Below, in pieces: positions 37,971 to 47,840 of a stretch of 64,000 nt of DNA (the stretch's first letter is position 1; every line of letters begins with the position of its first letter). Position numbers and translations under genes: made by a program. Under the pieces are notes generated by a model. That model did no database searches and was not told the DNA's origin. It was given only the letters and a program-made list of their open reading frames with translations. The stretch covers positions 800,001-864,000 of the forward strand of contig OY771587.1 of assembly GCA_963674825.1 (NCBI GenBank), given 5' to 3'. The DNA is from Candidatus Cloacimonadales bacterium (lineage in GTDB: Bacteria; Cloacimonadota; Cloacimonadia; Cloacimonadales; JAIOQZ01).

Positions 37971-40202
37971 CTAAATTTTGGTAATGCCATACTTGCTCAT
38001 GCGCCTGGACAAGGCTCGGCGTTCTATCTGTAGTAGTTCTGCCGCATCAGATATGTGGTTATTAGTGGCCTGCAAGGCTCGTACAATAGCTTTTTTCTCC
38101 ATCTCGTGCAAGGGTACAATACCAGCCACGGGAATGTCCATTTGTTGACATCCCGGTATCAAAAAATGCCCGGGCTTTAGGGTGGAAGACTGGGCAACTA
38201 TCACCGCGCGTTCCACCAGGTTTTTTAGCTCACGCACGTTTCCGGGGTAGTTGTATTGCCTAAGAGCGGTTATAACAGCAGGGTCAATACGGGTGATCCG
38301 CTTGTTTAGCTGAGCGCTGAACATCTTCACAAAGTGCTTTAGCAGCACTGGGATGTCGTCCAGGCGCTCGCGCAGGGGTGGGATCTGGATAACAAAGGTG
38401 GATATCCTGTGGTAAAGATCTTCCCTGAATTGCCCCTTTTGCACCTGATTATTCAAGTTTAAATTGGTAGCACTTACCAGACGAGCGCTTACAGGTATCT
38501 CCTTATGAGAGCCCAGGCGCACTATCTTCCGCTCTTCCAGCACCCGCAGCAATTTAACCTGATGATCAAGTGGCATAGAGCCAATCTCATCCAGGAACAG
38601 AGTGCCTTGGTTGGCTATCTCAAACCAGCCGATGTGTTGTTGGTCGGCATTGGTAAAAGCATTTTTTTCGTATCCAAAAAACTCACTTTCAAACAGACTT
38701 TCAGGGATAGCCGCGGTGTTAACCCCGAAGAAATTGTGCTTGCTGCGGTTACTTAAGTTGTGAATCTGCCGGGCTACAATCTCTTTGCCGGTACCGCTTT
38801 CACCAATAATAAGTACGTTCGTACTGTCGCTTTGGGCCACAATGGCAATTAAATGCATAATGTTTGTTATAGCCTGGCTTTGGCCTATCAGGTCTCTCCC
38901 AATTTTACGATGCAGCTCCGTGTCTATGGTTTCGTACTTGATCTCGCTGGCTCTGAGTTTATCCAAGGCGGCGGAAAGCTCATTCTTCTGTTGTTCAATC
39001 AGGGCATTTTGTGTTTCCAGTACCTGAGCTTTCTGGCGGAAAAATTCTGCCTCCTTCTGCTTTTGCTCTACCTCGTAACGAGCCTGTAGTTCCGCCAGTT
39101 GCTTTTGGCTTTGCTGGTTCCACAGCTGCTTTTCGGCTTCCAGCACCTTTTTCCAGTAATCATTAGTCTTTTTGTAACGGTGTAAGCGTTCATAAATTTT
39201 AGCCAAGTGCTTATAACATCCAGGCAGGTTAGCCAGGTTTTCGTTTTGCCGGGCCAGTTTCTCGCTATCGATGGCATATTCCAAGGCTTTAGACAGGTCA
39301 CCAGAGTCTTGCTCCAAATCGCTTAGGCTTAGCAAACACCTAACAATGCCGTCCAAAGATCCCTGTCGGCGTTGCTGCTCCAGAGCGAGGGTCAGGTGCT
39401 CTCTGCTAAGGGAATGCTGTTGCAGATGTTTATAAGCCAGGCCAATGTTAAGCATCATGTTGGCTTCCACGTATTTGTTATTATGGGCCAAAGCTAGTGC
39501 CAAGGCCTGCTGGTAATAGTCCAAAGCCTGCTGATATTGTTCTTGATTCGAACTAATACTGCCCAGGTTGGCCAAAGCGGAAGCAATGGTAGAGGTGTTG
39601 TTTACTTGTCGGCCAAGCTCAAGGGCCCGGGAGGTAAACTCAGCAGCCTGCTCATAGTTCTTAAGGCTGAAATAAAGCATACCAATATTAAGCGTTGCGG
39701 TTGACAGGGCAGATACATCACCACCGGTCTGCAGTATCTTAAGAGCGGCTAGAAGGTCGTTTAATGCCCCGGGGTAATCTCCCATCTGCTGGCGAGCCAT
39801 ACCCATCATGTTCCTAAGGCTGGCATAGGCAACCGAATCGGTTTTATCCGTGTAAGCCTGTCCGGCATCTTCATAAAAAACCAGGGCTGTAGTGTATTGC
39901 CCCAGCCAGAAGTGGGATAAGCCCAGATAGGTCTTCTCTCTTGTAACTTCTTCTTCGTTTTTCTGCAACAGGTGCAGTTCCAGGGCTTTTTGCAGGTAGT
40001 CAATAGCCAGCTTATACTGATTCAGCTGCAAGTGGCACAAGCCGATTTTATTGTTGCAACTGGCAATTTTGACCGGATCGTTTTGCTGCTGAGCCAAATC
40101 TAATGCCTTTGTAAAAGACTCCAAAGCCTGGCTGACTTTACCCTGCCTAAATGTATCTACAGCCTCACTAATTATTGTAGCAAGATCTTCAGATTGTTGC
40201 AT
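37971..40202 (-). CDS. TPR-domain sigma-54-dependent transcriptional activator (bEBP with Fis-type HTH)
   Basis: Start ATG 40202 (RBS GGGGAG); multiple TPR repeats; GESGTGKE, ESEFFG, NAFTNA, LFLDEIG, FREDLYHR, YPGNVREL, HTH AAELLQI. Confidence 0.92.
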   Translation of the reverse strand: MQQSEDLATIISEAVDTFRQGKVSQALESFTKALDLAQQQNDPVKIASCNNKIGLCHLQLNQYKLAIDYLQKALELHLLQKNEEEVTREKTYLGLSHFWLGQYTTALVFYEDAGQAYTDKTDSVAYASLRNMMGMARQQMGDYPGALNDLLAALKILQTGGDVSALSTATLNIGMLYFSLKNYEQAAEFTSRALELGRQVNNTSTIASALANLGSISSNQEQYQQALDYYQQALALALAHNNKYVEANMMLNIGLAYKHLQQHSLSREHLTLALEQQRRQGSLDGIVRCLLSLSDLEQDSGDLSKALEYAIDSEKLARQNENLANLPGCYKHLAKIYERLHRYKKTNDYWKKVLEAEKQLWNQQSQKQLAELQARYEVEQKQKEAEFFRQKAQVLETQNALIEQQKNELSAALDKLRASEIKYETIDTELHRKIGRDLIGQSQAITNIMHLIAIVAQSDSTNVLIIGESGTGKEIVARQIHNLSNRSKHNFFGVNTAAIPESLFESEFFGYEKNAFTNADQQHIGWFEIANQGTLFLDEIGSMPLDHQVKLLRVLEERKIVRLGSHKEIPVSARLVSATNLNLNNQVQKGQFREDLYHRISTFVIQIPPLRERLDDIPVLLKHFVKMFSAQLNKRITRIDPAVITALRQYNYPGNVRELKNLVERAVIVAQSSTLKPGHFLIPGCQQMDIPVAGIVPLHEMEKKAIVRALQATNNHISDAAELLQIERRALSRRMSKYGITKI

Positions 40203-40269
40203 ATCTCCCCTGTCTAATGCGTTTAGAAAATTGAGGCATTGAAATTGGAAACGGCCCGAGACCATTTCT

Positions 40270-40806
40270 TGAATCTGAGTCTAAATATATTAGAAAGGAT
40301 AAACCATTGTAGGCAGTTGGTACAAAATAATGATTTCCTCCAAAAACTGCTTCGCGGGGTGAGGCATCAAGGCTAAGGAAAGTGCCTGACTCTAATAACC
40401 ATTCAGAAAAATGGTTTGAGAAGAAACCCCTTTCTAACTCAGAAATTCGAATCTTACCGGCTTCTTCATTAATCTTTCTCTCCTCAACAGACCAAACATG
40501 TTCCGAATTCATATGAATACCCTATCAGTTACACAATTCAAAGCTTTTATAGAATATTATCGATTCGGCATACCTTTTCTTTTCAAGGATCAGGTAATTA
40601 CTCTTACCCATAACTTGATTCCATGACCTTTGATTCACAAGCCAACATCCATATTCAAACTGATCATTATCATCATTGATTGCGCAAAGGGATCTCTTAA
40701 AACCCTGATCAATACCTTTTCTCCTGTCTACTGTTCTACGATTCAAGTCGGTAATACTCACGATATCATGAACAAGGTCGTTATACCTCTTCAATGTCAA
40801 GTCCAT
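40270..40806 (-). pseudogene. Decayed YhcG/DUF1016 (PDDEXK nuclease) family gene
   Basis: Split ORFs: YNDLVHDI...FEYG...FY, and SELE...HFSEWLLESG...GGNHYF....YN.L (cf. SELE..LI.HL..FLLELG.GF...DG.HYYIDL.FYN.L). Confidence 0.5.
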
Positions 40807-41066
40807 TTTTCTTTAGCGTAGATGATCTCCCCAGATTTGAAAAACCGAGCCGGACGTACCTCAATACGAAGGTGTTGAGCAGTGTGCGAGCGATGTTAAG
40901 TGAAGAGAACAGCAAGGTTCTGAAGTTCATGCCGGATTAGCGCTGTCAGCGTTTTGCATAGTAAACGGCTTTGTGTGGCTCGCGAAGCGACCGCCAGGCG
41001 ACTATGTTTGCGTTGATATCGATCTGAAGACAGGGAGGATTCTGAACGGGGACGCCACCAAACAGG

Positions 41067-41258
41067 CTATAGCCGAATTAATGAACGACGTGGAGAAAGC
41101 CTCGTAGGGCTTGTGGTGATAATCATGCGGCGCACGGTTCTCTCAACCCTGCCCAACAGCTTCGCCACTCCAACGAGACTCAGCCAGATTTCGCCCTTCT
41201 TAGCGTGCATATAATACCCGGTCGGGTACCAGGACATTTTCAGCGAGCACTTGGACAT
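41067..41258 (-). pseudogene. HTH fragment (excisionase/transposase N-terminus-like)
   Basis: WLSLVGVAKLLGRVERTVRRMI; no partner gene nearby. Confidence 0.35.
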
Positions 41259-41332
41259 CGTAATCCAATTTGCAGAATTGGTATCTCGTTGCAGCCATAG
41301 TGCAATGCATGTTCATTGAAATATTTGCCGTG

Positions 41333-41360
41333 TGCCCTTCGACTCCGCTCAGGATGACAC
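41333..41360. repeat. REP-like short element
   Basis: TGCCCTTCGACTCCGCTCAGGATGACAC; degenerate copies at 44712-44739 and 51703-51723 (inverted). Confidence 0.6.
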
Positions 41361-41435
41361 GCTAAGCTCAGTTTATATCTTCGGATGGTAGAAGAGATAC
41401 AAAGCTCACAACGAGATAAGCAAACGAACATCCAC

Positions 41436-42755
41436 CTACTGCGCCATCCTTCTATTACGGGCACTGCGTCGCCATTTGAGGCTGTAGTTCACCACCACGT
41501 AGCCAATCATGATGATCGGTACCAGGGAACGGGTCACTGCCGCGCCGTTGAAGCCGAAATAGCGGATCATGAAGTAGAACAGGATTATACTGGAAATCGC
41601 ACCCGTGAGGTTGATGTAGAGGTACATCTTATTCTCAAGCTTGCCCATCACAACGGTGGTGATGAAGACGCTGAGGTTTAGGAAGAAGAAGCCGATAGCG
41701 TGGATTCGTCCGTAATGATAAGCTTCGGTGTATCTTCCGCTGGTCAGGAAGGCCGCGATAGGCTTTGCCAGCACCAGGTAGAGCAACGTCGGAGCAAGAA
41801 TCAACAGGGTCATGATGCCGATGTTGATGTACATCTGCTTTCTTGCCTTGTTGTGGATATTCTTGAAGAGTTCTGTCTCAAATGCCTGATAGATCGACGT
41901 ACCGAAGTTGTAGATATAGTTGGCGTGGTTCTTACCGATGACGTATAAACTGAAATTTTTCACATCGTGCAGCTTTTCCAGCATGATCGTATCCAGCGCT
42001 TTAAACGGGATAATCACCAGGAAGCTGAGAATCAGCGGACCGCAGAATTTGAAAGCATCCTTGAGAATTGTCAGGTCAAACTTGAATACCATCTTGTTTC
42101 TCATGAGGATCAGCGAGACAATAGAAACGATCACCGTTCCAATCATACCGCCGGCCATACGCCCCGCAGCGCCCTTATGGTATAGAACCACAAGTACCAG
42201 CGCCATTCCGATGGTAAACAGGTGATAACCTGTCGTGATGAGGAAATACCCCCAAAATTGCCGTTTCATGCGGTAGTGAGTCTGTAGAAACACATACCAC
42301 ACAAAGAAATAGAGTTGGATCAGCAGCAGAAATATAAAGGGTGTAAACGCAAAGCTTACTTGCGCCACTTTGAAATATATCTTGAAGATGAAATAGCTGA
42401 CAAACATCGTGAAGATGTTGAAGAATGTCAGGAATGAGACCAGCGTGAACATGATACGCTTTCGCTCTTCCTCGGTACTACGATGAAACCGTACCGAATA
42501 GTAGTTACCGAACGAAAGGTGAATGATCGGATAGAGGAAAACCGCAAGGGAATTGAAATAACCCACGACCGAAAAGTCGGTTGCCGAGAGATGCCGCGCG
42601 AAGATCGGAGAGGTGAAAATTGCGATCGCCATATGGGCGATAGTCGCGGCGTAGCTCAGGAGTGTATTCTTGATGTTGGAGCCTAAGCGGCTTTTTACTT
42701 TGCCCCATACTTTGGAAGAGACAAGCGATTCACGCAGTTTCGATATGCTATTCAT
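41436..42755 (-). CDS. Oligosaccharide flippase (Wzx/MOP superfamily)
   Basis: About 12 hydrophobic segments; P.FARHLS..DF; D.IML; FGFNGAA. Confidence 0.8.
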   Translation of the reverse strand: MNSISKLRESLVSSKVWGKVKSRLGSNIKNTLLSYAATIAHMAIAIFTSPIFARHLSATDFSVVGYFNSLAVFLYPIIHLSFGNYYSVRFHRSTEEERKRIMFTLVSFLTFFNIFTMFVSYFIFKIYFKVAQVSFAFTPFIFLLLIQLYFFVWYVFLQTHYRMKRQFWGYFLITTGYHLFTIGMALVLVVLYHKGAAGRMAGGMIGTVIVSIVSLILMRNKMVFKFDLTILKDAFKFCGPLILSFLVIIPFKALDTIMLEKLHDVKNFSLYVIGKNHANYIYNFGTSIYQAFETELFKNIHNKARKQMYINIGIMTLLILAPTLLYLVLAKPIAAFLTSGRYTEAYHYGRIHAIGFFFLNLSVFITTVVMGKLENKMYLYINLTGAISSIILFYFMIRYFGFNGAAVTRSLVPIIMIGYVVVNYSLKWRRSARNRRMAQ

Positions 42756-42777
42756 CGTGTTTTTCTTCTATATCCCG

Positions 42778-44043
42778 CTATCGACTGTTTTCATGAATTT
42801 GCGTGTAGATCTCGACGAACTTCTTTGCAATCCGCTCGGGACTGCTGTCCTGATGTCGCCGGCTACGCGCAGCCTGACCCATTTCGGCAGCCTGATCGGG
42901 ATTTCGCATCATCCAGGCGATCATGGCCGCGGCAGAGAAGTGGTTGGTATCCTGGAAGATAAGGCCTTCTTCCCCTTCCTTCAGCAGCGTTGACACACCA
43001 CCGGTGTATGGCGCAAGACAGGGCATGCCGAGCGCTTGAGCTTCTTTGAGCGTGTTGGGTGTGTTCTCAATGTGACAGAAATGAGCGAACATGAAAGTCT
43101 TTTTCATTTCGTCGATGAGCTGCTCGGCCGTCATATAGCCGAGAAATTTAACCTGCGATCTCGGGATGTTCATGGTGGCCATACGTCGTTTCATAACCTT
43201 ACCAAGATAGCTGGATTCCTCAACACCTGCCACCTTGAAGACAACATTGCTCAATCCGACATCGTTGAGCGTTTTCGCAGCGAGAAGCAGACCGTCGAAG
43301 CCCTTGTAAGCAACTTGACCAGACATTATCGAGATCACGGTATTGGGCTCGGCCTTCTGCCGAGTCCACTGGGCGTTGTAAAATTCACGTCGGAGCACTT
43401 CTTCGTTGTAGAAGTAGGTTGCATCCGGGCAAAGCATGGAGTAGTAGGACTTAACGAAGAAATTCTGCGTCGCGAAGTACCGCGCGCTCTTGACATACTT
43501 GGATTCATAAGCGTCGCGCCAGCCGAAGTTTTCGCCAAAGAGCATCTTCTTGACGTAGTACTTCCAGCTCTTGCTGAGCCTCGCTTCGTTCTTCTTGACC
43601 ATGTTCTGGTATTTGATGCGATAGTATTCCCAGATTACGCGGATTCCCTGGATGGAGACAAGCGTCTTCTCTGGATATTCCGAGCATAAGAATATATAGG
43701 GATGCTCAGAGCCGAATATATGTATAATGTCGGGCTTGTAGTCCTCGACGATCTTGCGATAGGTATCCTGATAGAACTGGATCGCTTTTTCGTTGTTGCG
43801 TGTGTGTAGCAATGCTGCGATATTCTTGTCCTGAGAAGCACAGATATAGGTGAAACGGCCGCGCGTAACATTTGCTTTGGGCTTTCCGTAGGAGGAAACG
43901 AAGCCAACCTCAAAATCGTCACCGGTGTATTTTTCAAAAGCAGCTTCCAGTCCATCAACCCATGAATTCAGTCTTCCTGTCGTGTTATAAGCAGCATGTG
44001 CATTTCTTGTCAGTGAATCATAAAATATCAATACTCGCATCAA
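42778..44043 (-). CDS. Glycosyltransferase family 4
   Basis: KPDIIHIFGSE; KG.D.LL.A; IENTPNTLKEAQALGMPC....GG. Confidence 0.88.
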   Translation of the reverse strand: MMRVLIFYDSLTRNAHAAYNTTGRLNSWVDGLEAAFEKYTGDDFEVGFVSSYGKPKANVTRGRFTYICASQDKNIAALLHTRNNEKAIQFYQDTYRKIVEDYKPDIIHIFGSEHPYIFLCSEYPEKTLVSIQGIRVIWEYYRIKYQNMVKKNEARLSKSWKYYVKKMLFGENFGWRDAYESKYVKSARYFATQNFFVKSYYSMLCPDATYFYNEEVLRREFYNAQWTRQKAEPNTVISIMSGQVAYKGFDGLLLAAKTLNDVGLSNVVFKVAGVEESSYLGKVMKRRMATMNIPRSQVKFLGYMTAEQLIDEMKKTFMFAHFCHIENTPNTLKEAQALGMPCLAPYTGGVSTLLKEGEEGLIFQDTNHFSAAAMIAWMMRNPDQAAEMGQAARSRRHQDSSPERIAKKFVEIYTQIHENSR

Positions 44044-44205
44044 ACGCTCCAGTCCTTATTTACAATGTAAACTGCATGTTTCCGGGGTCTATCTTATTGT
44101 CAAGCAAAAACGGCCCTCCGAACGTCCTCACAATGCCTGTTTTCAAGGATTTCCGTTGACATTCCGAAGCCACGCTTCACCTATCGATTCCATATGGAGG
44201 TGACT

Positions 44206-44694
44206 ATGGATCAACACGAACTCAAAATACGATTCGCAACGCCATCCGATCTGGAGACCCTGGTCGATTTGCGCATCCGCTTCCTCAACGAATTCATGCC
44301 TCCATCGGATCAATCCAAGGAAACAATCCTGCGCGAGAACATGACCCGGTACATGCAGAAAGCGCTCGAGACCGGCGAGTATGTTGGCTTGCTTGGGTTT
44401 TACGATGGAGAACTTGCTTCAGCCGGGGGAATGGTTGTCTGGAATTTGCCGTCCAGTTACCGGATGTTGAACGGTCGCAAGGGCTACATCCTAAGCATCT
44501 ACACAATCCCGAAATATCGCCGCAACGGGCTATGCGGCAAGATGATCGATGAGTTTGTGGCCTACGGGAAGTCGCATGGAATCGATACACTGCACCTCCA
44601 TGCCGGTGCGATGGGCGATAAAATCTATCGCAAAGCGGGATTCGGGGAACCGCATGAACCGGAATTGGTGATCTATGGTGTGGGGGATGCGTAG
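44206..44694 (+). CDS. GNAT family N-acetyltransferase
   Basis: RBS GGAGG before ATG 44206; YTIPKYRRNGL; LHA..MG..IYRKAGF. Confidence 0.85.
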   Translation: MDQHELKIRFATPSDLETLVDLRIRFLNEFMPPSDQSKETILRENMTRYMQKALETGEYVGLLGFYDGELASAGGMVVWNLPSSYRMLNGRKGYILSIYTIPKYRRNGLCGKMIDEFVAYGKSHGIDTLHLHAGAMGDKIYRKAGFGEPHEPELVIYGVGDA

Positions 44695-44711
44695 GCAACT
44701 ATCCGTCGATA

Positions 44712-44739
44712 TGCCCTTTCTCACTACTCGGGATGACAC
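44712..44739. repeat. Degenerate REP-like copy
   Basis: TGCCCTTTCTCACTACTCGGGATGACAC, 21/28 identical to 41333-41360. Confidence 0.5.
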
Positions 44740-44751
44740 ATAAAAGTACCA

Positions 44752-46065
44752 TCAGCCTGATGAGCCACCGACGATTTTATGCAGCTGCTCCAGCGTATTC
44801 TGCATGGTCGATTTCTCGTTCATGTCCTGCTGAAGTAGTGCGTTGAGAGAATCGATCTTCGAGATCGCGTGATCGATGCGGGGATTGCTCCCCTGTGAAT
44901 ATGCACCAATATTGATCAAATCTTCGGCATCGCGGTAAATTGCCAGCGTTTCGATCGCCTTACGCGAATCGAGCTTGTGCTGGTCGTCGATCACGCTATT
45001 CATCACACGGCTTATGCTCTGTAAGACATCCACTGCCGGGTAATGCCCGCGCGAGGCAATCTTGCGCGACAGCACAATATGTCCATCCAGAATCGAGCGT
45101 GCCGCATCCGCGATAGGCTCATCCATGTCGCCGCCTTCCACCAGCACCGCATACAGCGCCGTGATGGAGCCGCGATTGGAAGTACCGGCTCGTTCCAGCA
45201 ACTTGGGTAGATCGCTGAATACAGACGGCGTATAGCCCTTGGTGGTAGGAGGTTCGCCGATGGCGAGACCAATCTCACGCTTGGCCATTGCGAAACGGGT
45301 GACCGAATCCATCATGAACATCACGTCCAGCCCCTGATCGCGGAAAAATTCGGCGATTGTTGTTGCGACCAATGCGCCTTTGATACGACTCAGCGCTGCC
45401 TGATCGGAAGTCGCGACCACGACCACGGAACGCTTTAGTCCCTCTTCGCCGAGATCCTTCTCGATGAAGTCCCTGACCTCGCGTCCACGCTCGCCGATGA
45501 GCGCGATCACGTTCACATCCGCTGTCGTGTTTCGGGCGATCATGCCCAGTAGAACGCTCTTTCCCACACCCGAACCGGCAAAGATACCTGTACGTTGTCC
45601 CTTACCACAGGTCAGGAGGCTGTCGATGCTGCGAATACCCAGCTCCAGCGGTTCCTGGATTGTCTTGCGAGTAAGTGGATTCGGAGGCGCGCTATATACG
45701 GAACGCTTCTCGCGCAGCTTCAGCTTGCCCTTGCCGTCGATTGGATTGCCTAGGCCATCCAGAATGCGGCCCTTTAGCTCGTTGCCGACTCCGACGTTGA
45801 ACGGTTCGCGAAAGGTATAGACCTGGTTTCCAGGCGCGATTCCATATAGTTCCTTGAGCGGCATCAAGAGTGTCTTGTTCTTCTTGAAACCTACCACTTC
45901 GGCAACGTGCCTTACACCATCGGAACTTTGAATATAACATACATCGCCAATGGACGCTGCCGGGCCGTTCGATTCGACAATGAGCCCGATGATCTGAGAG
46001 ACAGTACCGTTTCGCCGGATGGGATCGACCCGATCCAGCATGGTGTGGTATTTATTGAATTGCAT
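44752..46065 (-). CDS. fliI: Flagellar export ATPase FliI
   Basis: GIFAGSGVGKS, IGERGREV, MDSVTRFA, GEPPTTKGY, LDGHIVLSR; follows fliH. Confidence 0.96.
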   Translation of the reverse strand: MQFNKYHTMLDRVDPIRRNGTVSQIIGLIVESNGPAASIGDVCYIQSSDGVRHVAEVVGFKKNKTLLMPLKELYGIAPGNQVYTFREPFNVGVGNELKGRILDGLGNPIDGKGKLKLREKRSVYSAPPNPLTRKTIQEPLELGIRSIDSLLTCGKGQRTGIFAGSGVGKSVLLGMIARNTTADVNVIALIGERGREVRDFIEKDLGEEGLKRSVVVVATSDQAALSRIKGALVATTIAEFFRDQGLDVMFMMDSVTRFAMAKREIGLAIGEPPTTKGYTPSVFSDLPKLLERAGTSNRGSITALYAVLVEGGDMDEPIADAARSILDGHIVLSRKIASRGHYPAVDVLQSISRVMNSVIDDQHKLDSRKAIETLAIYRDAEDLINIGAYSQGSNPRIDHAISKIDSLNALLQQDMNEKSTMQNTLEQLHKIVGGSSG

Positions 46066-46068
46066 GAT

Positions 46069-46761
46069 CTATTGATCCGAATCGTCTTTGAGAAGCTTGC
46101 GACGGATTTCCTGGAACTGTGTTTCGATGCTTGCATCAACCGATCCGATTTCAGTCTCGATCAGGCAGCCACCCGATTCCACGCGCGGCGAGGGTACAAT
46201 CTCCACGACGTCGGGCAGATCGACCTGCATTTTGAGCGCATCGAGGTTCGCCTTCACCAATTCCCAATCTTTTCGGCTGACGTGAATCTTGATGGAGCGG
46301 TTATCGTTTATCTGATTCAGGCCCTTCTTTAGAATGGTGAGGATAATCTCGGGATTCATCTCGATCTCTATATCGGTGATCTTACGGGCAATCGAGAGGA
46401 TCAGCGAAAGCATCTCGTGCTCTTCGTTTTCGTAGATGGCGTCCATTTCGCGGTGGAATTTATCGGCAATCTTCTTTAAAATCTGGAATGACTTATTGAA
46501 CTGCTCATGGTACTTCTGCTCCGACTGCTTGAGCCCTTCCTGAAATCCCTGGTCGTACGCCTTCTGCTTCTCCTGCTGGAGCTGCTGAGCAAATTGCTGT
46601 TGCGCCTTGCCCAGCTCTTTATGGAAGATGCGCTGAACAATGTCGCTGTTCAACGATCTCACCGCATCGGTCGACGGCTTTTCTTTCGCCGTTGCGATCC
46701 GGGCGCTTTTTACCGGAAATTCGGATTTGACTCTCAGTTCGTGCATTTGGGGCCTTTCCAT
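46069..46761 (-). CDS. fliH: Flagellar assembly protein FliH
   Basis: AYDQGFQEG; GGCLIETEIGSVDASIETQ; lies between fliG and fliI. Confidence 0.9.
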   Translation of the reverse strand: MERPQMHELRVKSEFPVKSARIATAKEKPSTDAVRSLNSDIVQRIFHKELGKAQQQFAQQLQQEKQKAYDQGFQEGLKQSEQKYHEQFNKSFQILKKIADKFHREMDAIYENEEHEMLSLILSIARKITDIEIEMNPEIILTILKKGLNQINDNRSIKIHVSRKDWELVKANLDALKMQVDLPDVVEIVPSPRVESGGCLIETEIGSVDASIETQFQEIRRKLLKDDSDQ

Positions 46762-46766
46762 CTCAA

Positions 46767-47840
46767 TTATTCGATGAAGTCCTCACCGCCCTTGGTAAGC
46801 TGGATTTCACCCAGTTCTTCAAGCTTGCGGATCACATCGAGGATGTTCTGGCGCGCATTTTCAACGTCACGCAGCCGCACCGGGCCAGCGTACTCCATTT
46901 CTTCCTGAATGATGCTGGCGGCACGCTCGGAGATGTTGTTGAAAATCTTGTCCTGCACATCGTCGTTGGCACCCTTGAGAGCCAGCGCGAGGTCTTTCTG
47001 GTCGATGTCGCGCAGAATCTTCTGTATGGTTCTGTCGTCGAGATAGAGGATATCTTCGAAGACGAACATGAGGTTCTTGATTTCGGTTGCGAGCTTTGGA
47101 TCCTTGGCTGCAACGGCTTCGAGGATGGAACGTTCGGTGGTGGAACCGACCATGTTGATGATCTCCGCAGCCGCAGATACACCACCAAATTTGGTTCCCT
47201 GCTGGCTGAAGTCGATACGGTCTTCCAGCACACGCTCCACGGTCTCGATCATATCCTGTGAAACGCGCTCCATGGTGGCGAAACGCATGATAACGTCGTT
47301 GCGGAGGTCTTCCGGCAGCTCGGCGATGACGTTGGCTGCCTGAGTAGGCTCAAGCTGCGTCAGTACCAGCGCGATCGTCTGCGGATGTTCCTTCTGAATA
47401 AAGGTAAGCAACTGAGTCGAATCGACCTGCTTCAGAACGTTGAAACCACGGACCTGCATCAAGCGCTGGATCTTCTTGATAATCTCCATTGCGCGAATGT
47501 CGCCCACGGCGTCTTCCAGCACTTCACGGGCGTATTCGATACCACCCAGTGAGATATACTGCTGCGCTTTGACCATCTCGTAGAATTCTTCAAATACCGC
47601 TTCGGTTATCTTGGGTTCTACGGCGGAGGTTGTCGCGATTCTCGCGGTGACCTCTTCCACATCTTCCGCACTCATGTGCTGCAGGAGCGTTGCAGAGGCG
47701 TCTTTCCCCAAGCCGATCATCAGAATCGCGGCTTTATGCGATCCAGGAAATTTTTTCAATATCTTCCGGTACTCGTCGATCCGATCTTGCGTAATCCCGA
47801 ATTCGAGAGGGATGTTCGAATTTTGTCCATTGTCTTCCAT
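46767..47840 (-). CDS. fliG: Flagellar motor switch protein FliG
   Basis: KAAIL, GGIEYA, EHPQTIAL, GGV, MFVFED, NISERA. Confidence 0.97.
   Translation of the reverse strand: MEDNGQNSNIPLEFGITQDRIDEYRKILKKFPGSHKAAILMIGLGKDASATLLQHMSAEDVEEVTARIATTSAVEPKITEAVFEEFYEMVKAQQYISLGGIEYAREVLEDAVGDIRAMEIIKKIQRLMQVRGFNVLKQVDSTQLLTFIQKEHPQTIALVLTQLEPTQAANVIAELPEDLRNDVIMRFATMERVSQDMIETVERVLEDRIDFSQQGTKFGGVSAAAEIINMVGSTTERSILEAVAAKDPKLATEIKNLMFVFEDILYLDDRTIQKILRDIDQKDLALALKGANDDVQDKIFNNISERAASIIQEEMEYAGPVRLRDVENARQNILDVIRKLEELGEIQLTKGGEDFIE

Noticed and set aside
40830..41107. Plus-strand coding-like fragment (…PGDYVCVDIDLKTGRIL…)
   Set aside because: Interrupted and lacks a clear start; I cannot assign a family.
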